In this document: in pieces, positions 21,454 to 31,160 of the stretch | How the letters are laid out: each line of letters opens with the position of its first letter | Numbering within the stretch: position 1 is the stretch's first letter | NCBI GenBank assembly: GCA_037441705.1 | Contig: JBBIRR010000023.1 | Span: 2,165 to 66,164 of the forward strand | From: Ignavibacteriales bacterium | GTDB lineage: Bacteria > Bacteroidota > Ignavibacteria > UBA10030 > UBA6906 | Direction of reading: 5' to 3' | DNA: 64,000 nt | Position numbers and translations under genes: made by a program | Notes under the pieces: model-generated | Databases searched by the model: none | What the model saw: the letters and a program-made list of their open reading frames with translations, nothing else | What the model was told of the DNA's origin: nothing

Positions 21454-22332
21454 CTACTGTTGTGGTGCGTACACTGTAAGCGAACCCGCGCCGCCCTGTC
21501 CGTCGTTGCAGAGGAGGAGGGAAAGGTCGGGCGCGAATGCAATCCCTTCGGGATGCGGATTGACCCGCTTGTTGATGGCTTGCTGAGCGAGCACCGTTCC
21601 ATCGGCTGCAAGTTCGACGATCGAATGTCCCTGAGCGGCAATCACGAAGAACGTCCCCGACCGCGGATGCCGTTCGATACCGGAGGGATTGAAGTGATTG
21701 CCTGCCGACGTACGCGTCACCTGTTTCAGCGGAATGAGGAAGCGAGGTTTGGGCGAGAAGGTTCTTGATTGAAGAGAGAACTCGTACACGGCTTTGTACT
21801 TTTGCAGCCCTTTTCCGGGATCGCCTTTGCAGAGCAGCAGCATGCAATCGGTTGATGGATCGTAGCACAAGCCTTCCACATCGTTCTTCGATGAAAGGAA
21901 CGAACGATACGTCCGAAACTCGACGCGTTCGCCGTCGCGACCTTCCGGGAATTCATAGAGCGTTCCGTTGCTCTCCACGAGATAGAACCACGTTCCTTTG
22001 ACGGCGATGCCTTCGAAATCCGCCCGAACGCCGAAGCGACCGATGGAGAAGCGTTTGATGATGCGGCCGCTGGTGTAGTCGAGCTGATAGACGACGCCGC
22101 GCTCGTCTTCGTTCGCAAACAATCGCCCGTCTTCGGTCATCGTGAGTCCGGAGATCTCGTTCAGGCGTGACGGAACGACGAAGCGTGCCTTCGGCTGTGC
22201 GGCAAGATTGTAGCGGTTGAGCACGGACTGCGTGCCGCCCTTCGGTACGTGTTCATTTCGTGTTTGGAATGAACCGAACAACAGCGGGAGAGCAAGCAAC
22301 ACAAGAAGGCGCTTCACTGCGAAGCAGAACAT
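21454..22332 (-). CDS. SdiA-regulated-family-like beta-propeller protein, secreted
   Basis: ORF 21454..22452. The ATG at 22332 gives signal peptide MFCFAVKRLLVLLALPLLFG. Repeated blade motifs are EISGLTM, FEGIAV, EGLCYDP, NPSGIERHP and PEGIAFAP. Confidence 0.6.
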   Translation of the reverse strand: MFCFAVKRLLVLLALPLLFGSFQTRNEHVPKGGTQSVLNRYNLAAQPKARFVVPSRLNEISGLTMTEDGRLFANEDERGVVYQLDYTSGRIIKRFSIGRFGVRADFEGIAVKGTWFYLVESNGTLYEFPEGRDGERVEFRTYRSFLSSKNDVEGLCYDPSTDCMLLLCKGDPGKGLQKYKAVYEFSLQSRTFSPKPRFLIPLKQVTRTSAGNHFNPSGIERHPRSGTFFVIAAQGHSIVELAADGTVLAQQAINKRVNPHPEGIAFAPDLSLLLCNDGQGGAGSLTVYAPQQ

Positions 22333-22361
22333 GAGGCTCTGTCGTGTTGTGAGTGAACGTT

Positions 22362-22865
22362 CTATCCCAGACGCGTGGAAAGGCTCGGCGGAATCAGCCA
22401 ATCGAGGGTCGCGCATTTTCCGTACTTCAACATCCCGACCGTCAACTTGCACACTCCCCCCTTCTTCATCGTCAGAACTAAACTCGCATCCCCTACCAAC
22501 AGATGGGAGATCAACTCGCTGAGGTACGGCTCGTGTCCGACCAGCAGAAGGCAGGTCGCGTCCTTCTCCGCGGATTTCAACTCTTCGATCAGCTCTTCCG
22601 GGTCGCCATCCACCGCAAGCGTGTTTGTCTCGCGCAGGGCTTTGCGCATGTCAAACACGTCTGCAACAATCTCGGCCGTTTGTTTGGCCCGTGTGTACGG
22701 ACTGGTGTAGATGACGTCGAATCGGAGGCCGGCGGCGAGCAAACCTTCCGCAACGCGGCGCATGCGCTTCATTCCTTTTTCCGTGAGCGGTCGGAGAGAA
22801 TCGTCGGGATATTTGACGGGGTCTCGCTGATCGGCAATGGCATGCCGCAGAATGAACAGGTCCAT
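22362..22865 (-). CDS. sixA: Phosphohistidine phosphatase SixA
   Basis: ORF 22362..22934, with ATG at 22865. MDLFILRHAIA (RHx catalytic motif) and LLVGHEPYLSELI are typical of the SixA / histidine phosphatase superfamily. Confidence 0.75.
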   Translation of the reverse strand: MDLFILRHAIADQRDPVKYPDDSLRPLTEKGMKRMRRVAEGLLAAGLRFDVIYTSPYTRAKQTAEIVADVFDMRKALRETNTLAVDGDPEELIEELKSAEKDATCLLLVGHEPYLSELISHLLVGDASLVLTMKKGGVCKLTVGMLKYGKCATLDWLIPPSLSTRLG

Positions 22866-22900
22866 AGCTCGTCCTCCTGGCAATGATGAGAGAACATGTT

Positions 22901-23848
22901 TTACTTCGTATCGTTCGCGCTCTGCACGAACCACGGTTGGTGCCAGAACGAATAGATCTCGTCGTTTGCGTCGAGGTACGCGGCGATGAGGGTCTGCTTG
23001 TGCATCCGTAGTTCACGCTGAAAGGCTGCAAGCTTCCGCCGCGAGGCAGCACTGCGGCCTGCAGCGAACTGCTGCACCAGCGCGCTCAACACTTCGGCAT
23101 CCTGAATTACGCCCATGCGTGTTTGATAGGCGTCCATCGCTTTCAACTGTTCCTTGCCCAGCCCCGGCAGAAGAGGCGCGAGCGCTTCCATGGTGTAGCG
23201 AAATTTTTTGAAGGCAATGCGTGCGCGATGGATCGTTTTCGGTTGTGCGGCGACCACGCGCTCTTTGAAAAACACCGCTGTTCCGAATGCCCGGGCGGCG
23301 GCGCCGTACACCACCACCCGCGCTGCCTCGTGCATCAGCGGGTGGGAGAACTGTTCCCGCAGCGTTTGTTTCGCCCACCTGATCGTGCGGCTCCACCGGA
23401 CCGTTGCAACACGCCGTGTCTTTTTGCCGATCGTCTGGATGAGATTCCGTTCTCGGACTTTGAGAACAGTAATCAGCGTTTCAAGCTCCGGGTGGCGGTC
23501 CACCTGCGGCGCCAGCGCAAGCAACTGCACCTGCGTGTCGCGCAGCGGACTGCAGGCATCGAACAATCGTTTGAGCCGCCGCCGCAGGCGTTCCACACGC
23601 TCATCGGGAATCAGCAGTTCGACGATCATGAGCGTCGAGATCAGCCTCCGCGTTGCCACCCGCACATCATGGATCGCGTCCTCTGAAAACGTGCGCTTGC
23701 TGCGGCGCAGCTCCTTCAGGTACGTGCGCCAGCGCTGGTCTATCGAATCAAGCAACACGTGCCCTAACGCCGGAGCCGTATCGGACGGCGCGGAGAACCG
23801 ATCGGAAGCCGCACGGGTCTGATTCACATTCCTACTCCTCCAGCGCAA
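22901..23848 (-). CDS. CHAD domain-containing protein
   Basis: 315-aa helical, Arg-rich protein containing AIHDVRVATRRLIS and IAFKKFRY, which are characteristic of CHAD. The start is TTG 23848 or GTG 23827. It lies adjacent to ppx. Confidence 0.7.
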   Translation of the reverse strand: MRWRSRNVNQTRAASDRFSAPSDTAPALGHVLLDSIDQRWRTYLKELRRSKRTFSEDAIHDVRVATRRLISTLMIVELLIPDERVERLRRRLKRLFDACSPLRDTQVQLLALAPQVDRHPELETLITVLKVRERNLIQTIGKKTRRVATVRWSRTIRWAKQTLREQFSHPLMHEAARVVVYGAAARAFGTAVFFKERVVAAQPKTIHRARIAFKKFRYTMEALAPLLPGLGKEQLKAMDAYQTRMGVIQDAEVLSALVQQFAAGRSAASRRKLAAFQRELRMHKQTLIAAYLDANDEIYSFWHQPWFVQSANDTK

Positions 23849-25343
23849 GCTTCACGTTGAACACCTGCTCGAACATCGCGGCCTTGTTCATCAACGCCCA
23901 TTTCTCTAACAGCAAATCCCCCTCGCCTTCCAGCGTTATGATGAATTTCGGCTTCCGGTACTCGACGGTGAAGCGTTCGACGCGGGCTGCGTGTTCGTTG
24001 TCCATCGCGTCGGCAAGACGCAGCAGCGCTGCAAGCTTCGACACAATCACCCGATCCTTCGAGGAAAGAGCAGCATAACCCTCGTGAGAAATCTTGGGCA
24101 AGGACTTGCGGTGATAGCGGGCGATGTTCGCGACAAGCGCATTCTGTTCTTTCGATAGTCCAATGATCGGTGTGGCGGTAAGAAGATAATAGGTGTGTTT
24201 GTGGTGACCGGTCATGTTGATGAAACTGCCGATGTCGTGCACCAGTGCTGCGACTTCCAACAGCGTCCGATACTCGATGGGGAGATTGTGCAGCGCCCGC
24301 GTTTGATCGAAGAGCTGAGCGGCATAGCGTGCAACGGCCTGGCCGTGCTGCTCGTCGAACAGGTATTTCCTGCCGATCTGCAGCGCGGAGGTGAGAACCT
24401 GCTCACGCGAGGACATCTTCTTTTCCCCATACAGCTCCAGCATCATGTCGATGAGGAGGCCTTCCTTCAATCCCACGCGCGGAATGTGCACCTCATGCAT
24501 GCCGGCAAGTTTCACCACCTTCTGCAGGACGATCGCCGCCGGTACAATCACGTCGGCGCGGTCGGGGCGAAGCCGCAGCTGCTGGACGCGTTCTTCAAAC
24601 GTCATGCCCTGCAGTTTGCGGACGAGCGCATCCAGCTCGTCGGCAGCAATCAGCGTTGTCCGATCTTTGCCGAACAGGTCCCGGCGCAGATCGCCGAGCG
24701 CTTCGACGTTGCCGCCGGTGCCGACACACAGATCAATCGCGTCCTTCCCCAATTCCTTCTTGAGACGGCGCTGTGTTGCGTCCACGTACTCGCGGACAAG
24801 CTGGGTGAACTGCTTTTCGCCGCGCTTCTTTTCTCCTAGCACCTGCAGAAGGCGCACCGTTCCCATGCGATAGCTTTCGGTGGAGAGGATCTGCCCGTCG
24901 GCCACAAGCGTTACCTCCACGCTGCCGCCGCCGATGTCGATGAGGATGGCGCGTTTGTTCTTGAGATTGATTCTGGAGGAGACGGCAAGATGAATCAACC
25001 GCGCCTCCTCCTCGCCGCTGATCACGCCGATCTCCACGCCGCCTGCCTGCTCGATACGATCGAGAAATAACTCACGGTTCAGCGCCTCGCGCGTGGCGCT
25101 GGTGGCCACGGCTTTCTTCCATGTCGCCCCGTGCGTCTCGATCAGCGACCTGAAGCGTGTGAATGCCTCTGCCGCTTTTTCGATGGTCTCGTCGGCAATC
25201 GTTCCGGTGACGAACACATCCTGACCGAGGCGCACGGGTTCGCGGATGTCTTCGACGACGTGGATGCCGCGGTCGCCGTTCACAGTGGCAATGAGCAGGC
25301 GGATGGCGTTCGAACCGATATCAATGGCTGCGAGTGTCGGCAT
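23832..25343 (-). CDS. ppx: Exopolyphosphatase / guanosine pentaphosphate phosphohydrolase (Ppx/GppA) with C-terminal HD domain
   Basis: N-terminus AAIDIGSNAIRLLIA and DIGGGSVEV are actin-like ATPase motifs of Ppx/GppA. The C-terminus has LVHDIG...HHKHTYYL (HD). Confidence 0.9.
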   Translation of the reverse strand: MPTLAAIDIGSNAIRLLIATVNGDRGIHVVEDIREPVRLGQDVFVTGTIADETIEKAAEAFTRFRSLIETHGATWKKAVATSATREALNRELFLDRIEQAGGVEIGVISGEEEARLIHLAVSSRINLKNKRAILIDIGGGSVEVTLVADGQILSTESYRMGTVRLLQVLGEKKRGEKQFTQLVREYVDATQRRLKKELGKDAIDLCVGTGGNVEALGDLRRDLFGKDRTTLIAADELDALVRKLQGMTFEERVQQLRLRPDRADVIVPAAIVLQKVVKLAGMHEVHIPRVGLKEGLLIDMMLELYGEKKMSSREQVLTSALQIGRKYLFDEQHGQAVARYAAQLFDQTRALHNLPIEYRTLLEVAALVHDIGSFINMTGHHKHTYYLLTATPIIGLSKEQNALVANIARYHRKSLPKISHEGYAALSSKDRVIVSKLAALLRLADAMDNEHAARVERFTVEYRKPKFIITLEGEGDLLLEKWALMNKAAMFEQVFNVKLALEE

Positions 25344-25358
25344 GGTTCAGCGCGTGTA

Positions 25359-25381
25359 CGAAAACGCCGCACCGGTGCGGC
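25359..25381 (-). terminator. Intrinsic-terminator-like hairpin with T-tract
   Basis: The minus strand reads GCCGCACCGGTGCGGC (perfect 16-nt palindrome) followed by GTTTTCG. It lies after the response-regulator stop (25458) and only about 16 nt before the ppx ATG. Confidence 0.5.
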
Positions 25382-25457
25382 GGAGGCAATATAGAAAGAA
25401 TGCGTGTCTGTATCAAAACGGAAAGATGGCGGATAGCAAGCGAGGCTTCACGCCGCG

Positions 25458-26816
25458 TCAGCGCTGCGCCTGAATGCCCAGCTCTTCGATCTTCCGATAG
25501 AGGCTGGAGAGGCTGATGTTGAGGGCTTTGGCAACTTCGTCCTTGCTCGTGTGCAGGCGCATCATGTGACTGATGTACTCGCGCTCGAAGTCGGCGATGG
25601 CTTCTTTCAGCGGCTTCTTGGCATCGAAGGCGAAGGGCGTCTCGCGCTTGCTGAGCAAGGGCGGAAGCTCGTTCGTCGTGATCATGTTTCCTTCGGCAAA
25701 GATCACCGCCCGCTCGATGATGTTCTCCAGTTCCCGCACCTCTCCCTTCCACGGGTGAGCGAGCAGAACCTTCATGGCGGCATGGTCGACGCCGCGCACA
25801 TCCTTGTTCATCTCGCGCGCGTACTTCGTCACGAAGTGCTGCACGAGCAGGGGAATGTCGTCGGCGCGCTCACTGAGCGACGGCAGTTCAATCCCCACCA
25901 CATTCAGCCGATAGAACAAATCCTCGCGATACTTTCCTTCTTCCACCAACTTTGCCAGATTTCTGTTCGTCGAGGCAATGATGCGGATATCCACCGGGAT
26001 GGCCTGTGTGGTACCGACGGGGGTGATGACCTTTTCTTCAATGGCGCGCAGCAGTTTGACCTGCAGGTGCAGGGGGATTTCACTCACCTCGTCGAGGAAA
26101 ATCGTTCCGCCGTCGGCCGCCTTGAAATAGCCGACGCGATCCATCGTTGCGCCGGTGAAGGCCCCTTTCTTGTGTCCGAAGAGTTCGCTCTCGAACAGGT
26201 TCTCGACAATCGCGCCGCAGTTGACGGCCACGAACGGCTTGTCGCTGCGACGGCTGTTATAGTGAATGGCGCGTGCAACCAGCTCCTTCCCCGTGCCGCT
26301 CTTGCCGGTAATCAGCACCGTCCCGTCGGTCTGCGCAACTTTCTGGATCGTCGTAAACACCCGCTGCATGGCCGGACTGCGGCCGATGATGTTGGAGAAG
26401 TCGTACTGCTTGTGCAGTTCGCCGCGCAGGAGTTTGTTTTCGGTTTGCAGGCGTCGGTGGCTGAGCAGCCGCCGCACCTTGAGCAGCATCTCGTCGAACT
26501 CGACCGGCTTGAGGATGTAGTCCACCGCGCCTTTGCGCAGCGCCGCAATCGCGCTTTCGATCGAACCGTACGCGGTGATGATGATGACGAGCGTCTCGGG
26601 ACTGATACGGGTGAGATGTTCCAGCAGTTCGATGCCTTTCATCTCCGGCATCTCGAGATCGGTGATGACGACGTCGAACGAATGCTGCTTTGCCATCTCG
26701 AATGCCGTTTTTCCGTTTTCGGCCTCGTGGACGTCGTAGCCTTCTTTCTTCAGGACGAACGAGAGTGACTCACGAATGATTTCTTCATCATCAACAACAA
26801 GAATGGATTCTGCCAT
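25458..26816 (-). CDS. Sigma-54-dependent response regulator (NtrC family: REC-AAA+-Fis HTH)
   Basis: REC motifs ILVVDDEE and VVITDLEMP. AAA+ motifs GKSGTGKE and ESELFGHKKGAFTGA. C-terminal HTH EVAKALNISLSSLYRKI. Confidence 0.9.
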   Translation of the reverse strand: MAESILVVDDEEIIRESLSFVLKKEGYDVHEAENGKTAFEMAKQHSFDVVITDLEMPEMKGIELLEHLTRISPETLVIIITAYGSIESAIAALRKGAVDYILKPVEFDEMLLKVRRLLSHRRLQTENKLLRGELHKQYDFSNIIGRSPAMQRVFTTIQKVAQTDGTVLITGKSGTGKELVARAIHYNSRRSDKPFVAVNCGAIVENLFESELFGHKKGAFTGATMDRVGYFKAADGGTIFLDEVSEIPLHLQVKLLRAIEEKVITPVGTTQAIPVDIRIIASTNRNLAKLVEEGKYREDLFYRLNVVGIELPSLSERADDIPLLVQHFVTKYAREMNKDVRGVDHAAMKVLLAHPWKGEVRELENIIERAVIFAEGNMITTNELPPLLSKRETPFAFDAKKPLKEAIADFEREYISHMMRLHTSKDEVAKALNISLSSLYRKIEELGIQAQR

Positions 26817-26817
26817 A

Positions 26818-28233
26818 TCAATCCTTCGGATTCAGTGGAAGAATAACGGTAAACGTCGTCCCCTCACCCCGCTTGCTCTTGAGGCGAATATCGCCGTGAA
26901 AACTCTTGATGATCCCCTGACTTACCCACAGGCCAAGTCCCGTTCCCTGACCCACAGGTTTGGTGGTAAAGAACGGCTCACCGATTTTTGCGAGGTGTTC
27001 CTCGGAGATACCGCTGCCGTTGTCCGTGATGCTCACCTTCACGAATTCGTCGTCCCGTTCCACCACCACGTCGATTCTCGGGTCGTTTCTGCCTTCCAGC
27101 GCATCAACGCTGTTCAACAGGATGTTGATAAACACCTGCGAGATCTGGTCAGGAACGAGCGACAGCAGGGGAATCTGGTGGCGCACATCGATCGAGAACC
27201 GAACGTCCCGCGCCTTCTTGGCCATCTTCACAATCTCGACCGCTTCCTTCACATTGTTGACAATGTTGGTGGGCATCAGTTGGTAGTTGGAAGGACGCGA
27301 GAAGTCCACCAGGTCGCGGATGATTTTCGTGATGCGGTGAACCTGCGACTGCACGAGCGCCAGCTTTTCGCGGGCAAAGTCGTCATTCACCGTCCGCAGC
27401 AGCACCTGAACGATGGAAGAGATGGACGTGAGCGGGTTGCCGACTTCGTGCGCAATGCCTGCTGCCAGCGTGCCCATGCTTTCCATCTTCTGCGAGTGCA
27501 TCAGTTGCTGTTCAAGCTGCTTTTGCTCGGTGATGTCGCGATGCGTGCCGAGGTATCCCACCACTTTTCCCTCCGCGTCCACGATGGGCGAGATGATCAC
27601 CTGCGTGAAGATGGGCGTCCCATCCTTCCGTTTGTTTTCGATCTCACCCTGCCAGATCTTGCCCGTGCTGATTCTGGCCCACACCTTCGCCCAGAATTCT
27701 TTGCTGTATTTGCCGCTGGAGATGATATTGGGATTTTTTCCGATCAGCTCTTCCTTCGTGAAGCCGGTGGCTTTCTCGAACGCTGGGTTCACGTACACCA
27801 TGCGCCCCTGCGCATCCGTGATCTGGATGGGGTTGACGGTGTAGTGCACAACGTTGGAGAACCGCAGCAGGTCGAGTTCCTTCTTCTTCTCTTCGGAGAC
27901 GTCGCGGGCGATGACGTACAGGAATTCGGTGTCGGGTCCGGAGATTTTTTTTATGGACAAAACCGCATCCACTGCGGTGCCGTTGGCGCCTTTGAAGCGC
28001 GCCTCCGCCTCGCGTGTCACCGTCGTGTCCATGAGCACCGCAAGCAGCGGGCGAGCCGAGTCATCGGCAAGAAGATCATAGAACCGAATAGGTTCCGTGG
28101 GTACCTCCGGCAGTCCCAACAGTTCCCGTGCCCTCTGGTTATAGGCCAGCACATGCCGCTCCTTCGACACGACGAAGCACATGTCGGGAATCAGGTCAAT
28201 GAAGATGTTGGCGATATGCTGGTGAACGGCCAT
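26818..28233 (-). CDS. Cytoplasmic PAS-PAS sensor histidine kinase (cognate to the NtrC-family regulator)
   Basis: It has two PAS units (one shows ITDAQGRMVYVNPAFEKATGFTKEEL) and the H-box AGIAHEVGNPL. HATPase motifs are NILLNSVDA, DNGSGI and GTGLGL. Its stop lies 1 nt before the RR start. Confidence 0.9.
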   Translation of the reverse strand: MAVHQHIANIFIDLIPDMCFVVSKERHVLAYNQRARELLGLPEVPTEPIRFYDLLADDSARPLLAVLMDTTVTREAEARFKGANGTAVDAVLSIKKISGPDTEFLYVIARDVSEEKKKELDLLRFSNVVHYTVNPIQITDAQGRMVYVNPAFEKATGFTKEELIGKNPNIISSGKYSKEFWAKVWARISTGKIWQGEIENKRKDGTPIFTQVIISPIVDAEGKVVGYLGTHRDITEQKQLEQQLMHSQKMESMGTLAAGIAHEVGNPLTSISSIVQVLLRTVNDDFAREKLALVQSQVHRITKIIRDLVDFSRPSNYQLMPTNIVNNVKEAVEIVKMAKKARDVRFSIDVRHQIPLLSLVPDQISQVFINILLNSVDALEGRNDPRIDVVVERDDEFVKVSITDNGSGISEEHLAKIGEPFFTTKPVGQGTGLGLWVSQGIIKSFHGDIRLKSKRGEGTTFTVILPLNPKD

Positions 28234-28406
28234 CGTGACGTTCGGTTCGCGGCGTACTCAACTTACTCAATTGTGTGTGGAATATCAACGCGTTGCGACC
28301 ATACCTTGATTTTTGACGAGGTGATTTGTACACTGTCTCTGTGTTTGTCCGCTGCTTGCCTGCACACGTGAACACGTAGCGGAACCCTCCCCTGTTGTGC
28401 CAAGGA

Positions 28407-28441
28407 CTTGATGCACTCATCCCCGGAAGGCTTGATGCACT
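28407..28441 (+). promoter_or_regulatory. 11-bp direct repeat CTTGATGCACT x2 upstream of a kinase gene (candidate regulator site)
   Basis: CTTGATGCACT occurs at 28407-28417 and 28431-28441, 60-90 nt upstream of ATG 28500 in the divergent intergenic region. Confidence 0.3.
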
Positions 28442-28499
28442 TCCTGGCGCGTGACTTCTGCTATCGTGCTCTTTCACATTGTTCCCGAGAGGAAACGGC

Positions 28500-30560
28500 A
28501 TGAGCACCCGGCGTAGCTTGATGAACAAAGCGAGCACTTTGGCGCGCTTAGGAGCGCTTGCCACCGCAGCGATTGGAGGGGTTGCGCTGATCGGCTGGGT
28601 GAGCAACCTGCGTGTACTCTCAGGGTTCAGCCCATCGTTCATACCCATGGCGCCCAACACCGCCATCTGCTTTGTGGCGCTTGGTATTGCAGCACTGATT
28701 GACCCACACTCTGTCGGATGGCGTTTCGTCGTCCGCAGGCTTCTTGCCCTGTTTGTGCTCGGCCTCGCTTTCCTTCGACTGTACGAGATCCTCTTTGATG
28801 CCAATCTCTCCGTCGACACGTGGTTCTTCGCCGTTCCGGAGGAGAGCATGCATCGCGTGCAGCTTGCCCGCATGGCGGTTTTCACGGCCGCCAGCTTCGT
28901 GTGCGCGGGGCTATCCGTCCTCCTGCTTTCATTTCGCCAAACTCCCCGTTATGTCGACAACATCGCCGGCCTGCTTGCATTCATGATGACCATGTCGGGC
29001 GTCGCCTTCTGCGTCGGGTACGCCGTGGGATCTCCATTGCTGTATGACAGCGGCGTGATTCCCATGGCGTTGAACACGGCAGTCGCGTTCGTTACGCTTG
29101 GCACGGCGATCTTGATCCAGCTTTTCGTCAAAGACCTCGCCCGGCGGCAGAGCGAACATCAGTCGACGCTTGCTGAGGATAGGAAAATCCTGGCGGGCTT
29201 CGGGCTTGCCCTTGCCGCCCTGATCGTCGTTGCAATCCTGGCGTACGATAACATCCTGCAGGCCATCACCGCAACGGAGAACGTCGCGCACACACACGGT
29301 GTGTTGGCACAAACGCGCGCGGTGCTCCTTGCCGTGAAAGATGTTGAAAGCGCCTCGCGGGGATACGCGCTTACGGGAATCGACGTCCTTCTCGGCGAGT
29401 TCCGGTCGGCCGTCGAACGCGTCGACACACAGGTGCTTCGCCTCCGGAGCCTGATGGGCGACAAGCACCGGGCGATTGTGGATTCCCTCGAGGGGCCTGT
29501 TCGAAGAAAAGTGCAATTCAACACCAATGTTGTGGAGTCATACATCCGCTACGGCCGACCTGCAGCAGAGGATCTCATCCACACAGGCGTCGGGATCGAG
29601 ACCATGGAAGCGATCGAACAAATCCTGGCGGAAATAGACAGGCGAGAGCAAGCCGTCCTGCAACACCTTGCAGCAGAACAGAAGCGAGCCTCACGCAACA
29701 TGATCGTCACCTTTGCGGGACTTGTAGTACTCGTCGTAATCGTTCTCGCCGCAATTTATATCGTCGTCCACCGCGATCTCCTCGGGCGGCAGCGGGCGGA
29801 AGAGGAGATGCGCCGCGCCTCGGAAGAGATCAAACAGCTGAATCGGGACCTCGAAAGGCGCGCGGTGGAGTTGGAAGCCGTAAACAACGAACTCGAAGCC
29901 TTCAGCTATTCCGTTTCACACGACCTGCGCGCCCCGCTGAGGCACATCAGCGGGTTTGCCGACCTGCTGCAGCACCACGCTGCAAAGCGCCTCGACGAAA
30001 AGGGAAGCCGCTACCTCCAGACCATCTCAGATTCTGCAAAGCACATGGGACAGCTTATTGACGACCTGTTGGTGTTCTCGCGCGTCGGGCGAACGGAGAT
30101 GGTCAAAACGATCGTTCCGCTTTCTCAGGTTGTGGAAGAAGCGCTCAGCACATTACGGAACGGAGAGGCAAAAGGGCGCAGGATCAATTGGAAGATTCTT
30201 CCGCTGCCTGAAGTGCAGGGCGACCCTTCATTGTTGCGCCAGGTGTTTGTGAATCTCCTCTCCAATGCCGTCAAGTACACGCGGCAGTGCGCGGAGGCCT
30301 GCATCGAGGTCGGCTCCACAACGCATCACAACACGTCGGAACACGTTATCTACGTTCGTGATAATGGAGTCGGCTTCGACATGAGATACGCCCACAAGCT
30401 TTTCGGCGTGTTTCAGCGTCTTCACAACGCGAGTGAGTTTGAAGGAACCGGAATAGGCCTTGCGAATGTCCGGCGCATCATTGCGCGCCACGGCGGCCGG
30501 ACATGGGCTGAATCGGAAATGGGCAAAGGGGCGACATTCTTCTTCTCACTCCCTGGTTGA
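28500..30560 (+). CDS. Membrane sensor histidine kinase with multi-TM N-terminus and CHASE3-like domain
   Basis: ORF from TTG 28479; the ATG at 28500 has GAGAGGAAA upstream. There are about 6 N-terminal TM helices, then a TM plus CHASE3-like segment ([43 protein letters not shown]). The H-box is [16 protein letters not shown]. HATPase motifs are [16 protein letters not shown] and GTGIGLA. Confidence 0.85.
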   Translation: MSTRRSLMNKASTLARLGALATAAIGGVALIGWVSNLRVLSGFSPSFIPMAPNTAICFVALGIAALIDPHSVGWRFVVRRLLALFVLGLAFLRLYEILFDANLSVDTWFFAVPEESMHRVQLARMAVFTAASFVCAGLSVLLLSFRQTPRYVDNIAGLLAFMMTMSGVAFCVGYAVGSPLLYDSGVIPMALNTAVAFVTLGTAILIQLFVKDLARRQSEHQSTLAEDRKILAGFGLALAALIVVAILAYDNILQAITATENVAHTHGVLAQTRAVLLAVKDVESASRGYALTGIDVLLGEFRSAVERVDTQVLRLRSLMGDKHRAIVDSLEGPVRRKVQFNTNVVESYIRYGRPAAEDLIHTGVGIETMEAIEQILAEIDRREQAVLQHLAAEQKRASRNMIVTFAGLVVLVVIVLAAIYIVVHRDLLGRQRAEEEMRRASEEIKQLNRDLERRAVELEAVNNELEAFSYSVSHDLRAPLRHISGFADLLQHHAAKRLDEKGSRYLQTISDSAKHMGQLIDDLLVFSRVGRTEMVKTIVPLSQVVEEALSTLRNGEAKGRRINWKILPLPEVQGDPSLLRQVFVNLLSNAVKYTRQCAEACIEVGSTTHHNTSEHVIYVRDNGVGFDMRYAHKLFGVFQRLHNASEFEGTGIGLANVRRIIARHGGRTWAESEMGKGATFFFSLPG

Positions 30561-30692
30561 GAAGGACGGAGCGAGAAAAACCCGTCAACGCGCAATGGCA
30601 AGGATAGTCAACGGAGAGATTGTGAACGAGTTCTTGCAGAGGACCATCAAGGATATTCTAAGGAGAGAACTACCGTCTTTGGAGATGTGCTT

Positions 30693-31145
30693 ATGAATGA
30701 TCTGCGCCGTATCCTCCTCGCCGAGGACAATCCGAACGATGTCGAGCTGACGCTGGAGGCACTTGCTCAACACCACCTTGCTAATGAGGTGGATGTCGTC
30801 AACGACGGTGCGGAGGCGCTGGACTATCTCTACCGTCGAAACAAATATGAAGGCCGCAGCAACGGCGATCCCGCGGTCGTCCTTCTTGACTTGAAGATGC
30901 CCAAAGTTGACGGCCTCGAGGTCCTGAAAACGATCAAATCGGATCCTCAGCTCAGGACGGTTCCCGTTGTGATTCTGACGTCCTCGCGCGAGGAGACCGA
31001 CTTGGTCAGGAGTTACGAGCTTGGCGTGAATGCCTTCGTGGTCAAGCCTGTGGACTTCACAAAGTTTGTGGAATCGGTTCGTCAGGTCGGGATGTTCTGG
31101 GCGATTATCAACGAGCCACCTCCGAAGAAAAAGCGGTCCACGTAA
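30693..31145 (+). CDS. Single-domain response regulator (CheY-like receiver)
   Basis: ATG at 30693 with GGAG 8 nt upstream. Motifs are ILLAEDNPND, VVLLDLKMPKVDG, VVILTSS and AFVVKP. Confidence 0.9.
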   Translation: MNDLRRILLAEDNPNDVELTLEALAQHHLANEVDVVNDGAEALDYLYRRNKYEGRSNGDPAVVLLDLKMPKVDGLEVLKTIKSDPQLRTVPVVILTSSREETDLVRSYELGVNAFVVKPVDFTKFVESVRQVGMFWAIINEPPPKKKRST

Positions 31146-31160
31146 GGCAGGAGTTTCTTG

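Noticed and set aside
25551-28371. Long plus-strand ORFs (405 aa and 531 aa) antisense to the NtrC-type regulator and the PAS kinase. Similar cases are 52954..54414, 61822..63369, 30585..31826, 13721..14914, 7118..8269, 5528..6577 and 37552..38592.
   Set aside because: - The same in-phase antisense effect applies.
- Each overlaps a gene with strong family motifs on the other strand.
- Each has biased R/H/D/V composition and no recognisable domains.
28441-28460. TGGCGCGTGACTTCTGC, a possible sigma-54 promoter for the CHASE3-like kinase.
   Set aside because: The GG-to-GC spacing is two nt too long and the -24 element is TGGCGC, so it does not fit the consensus.
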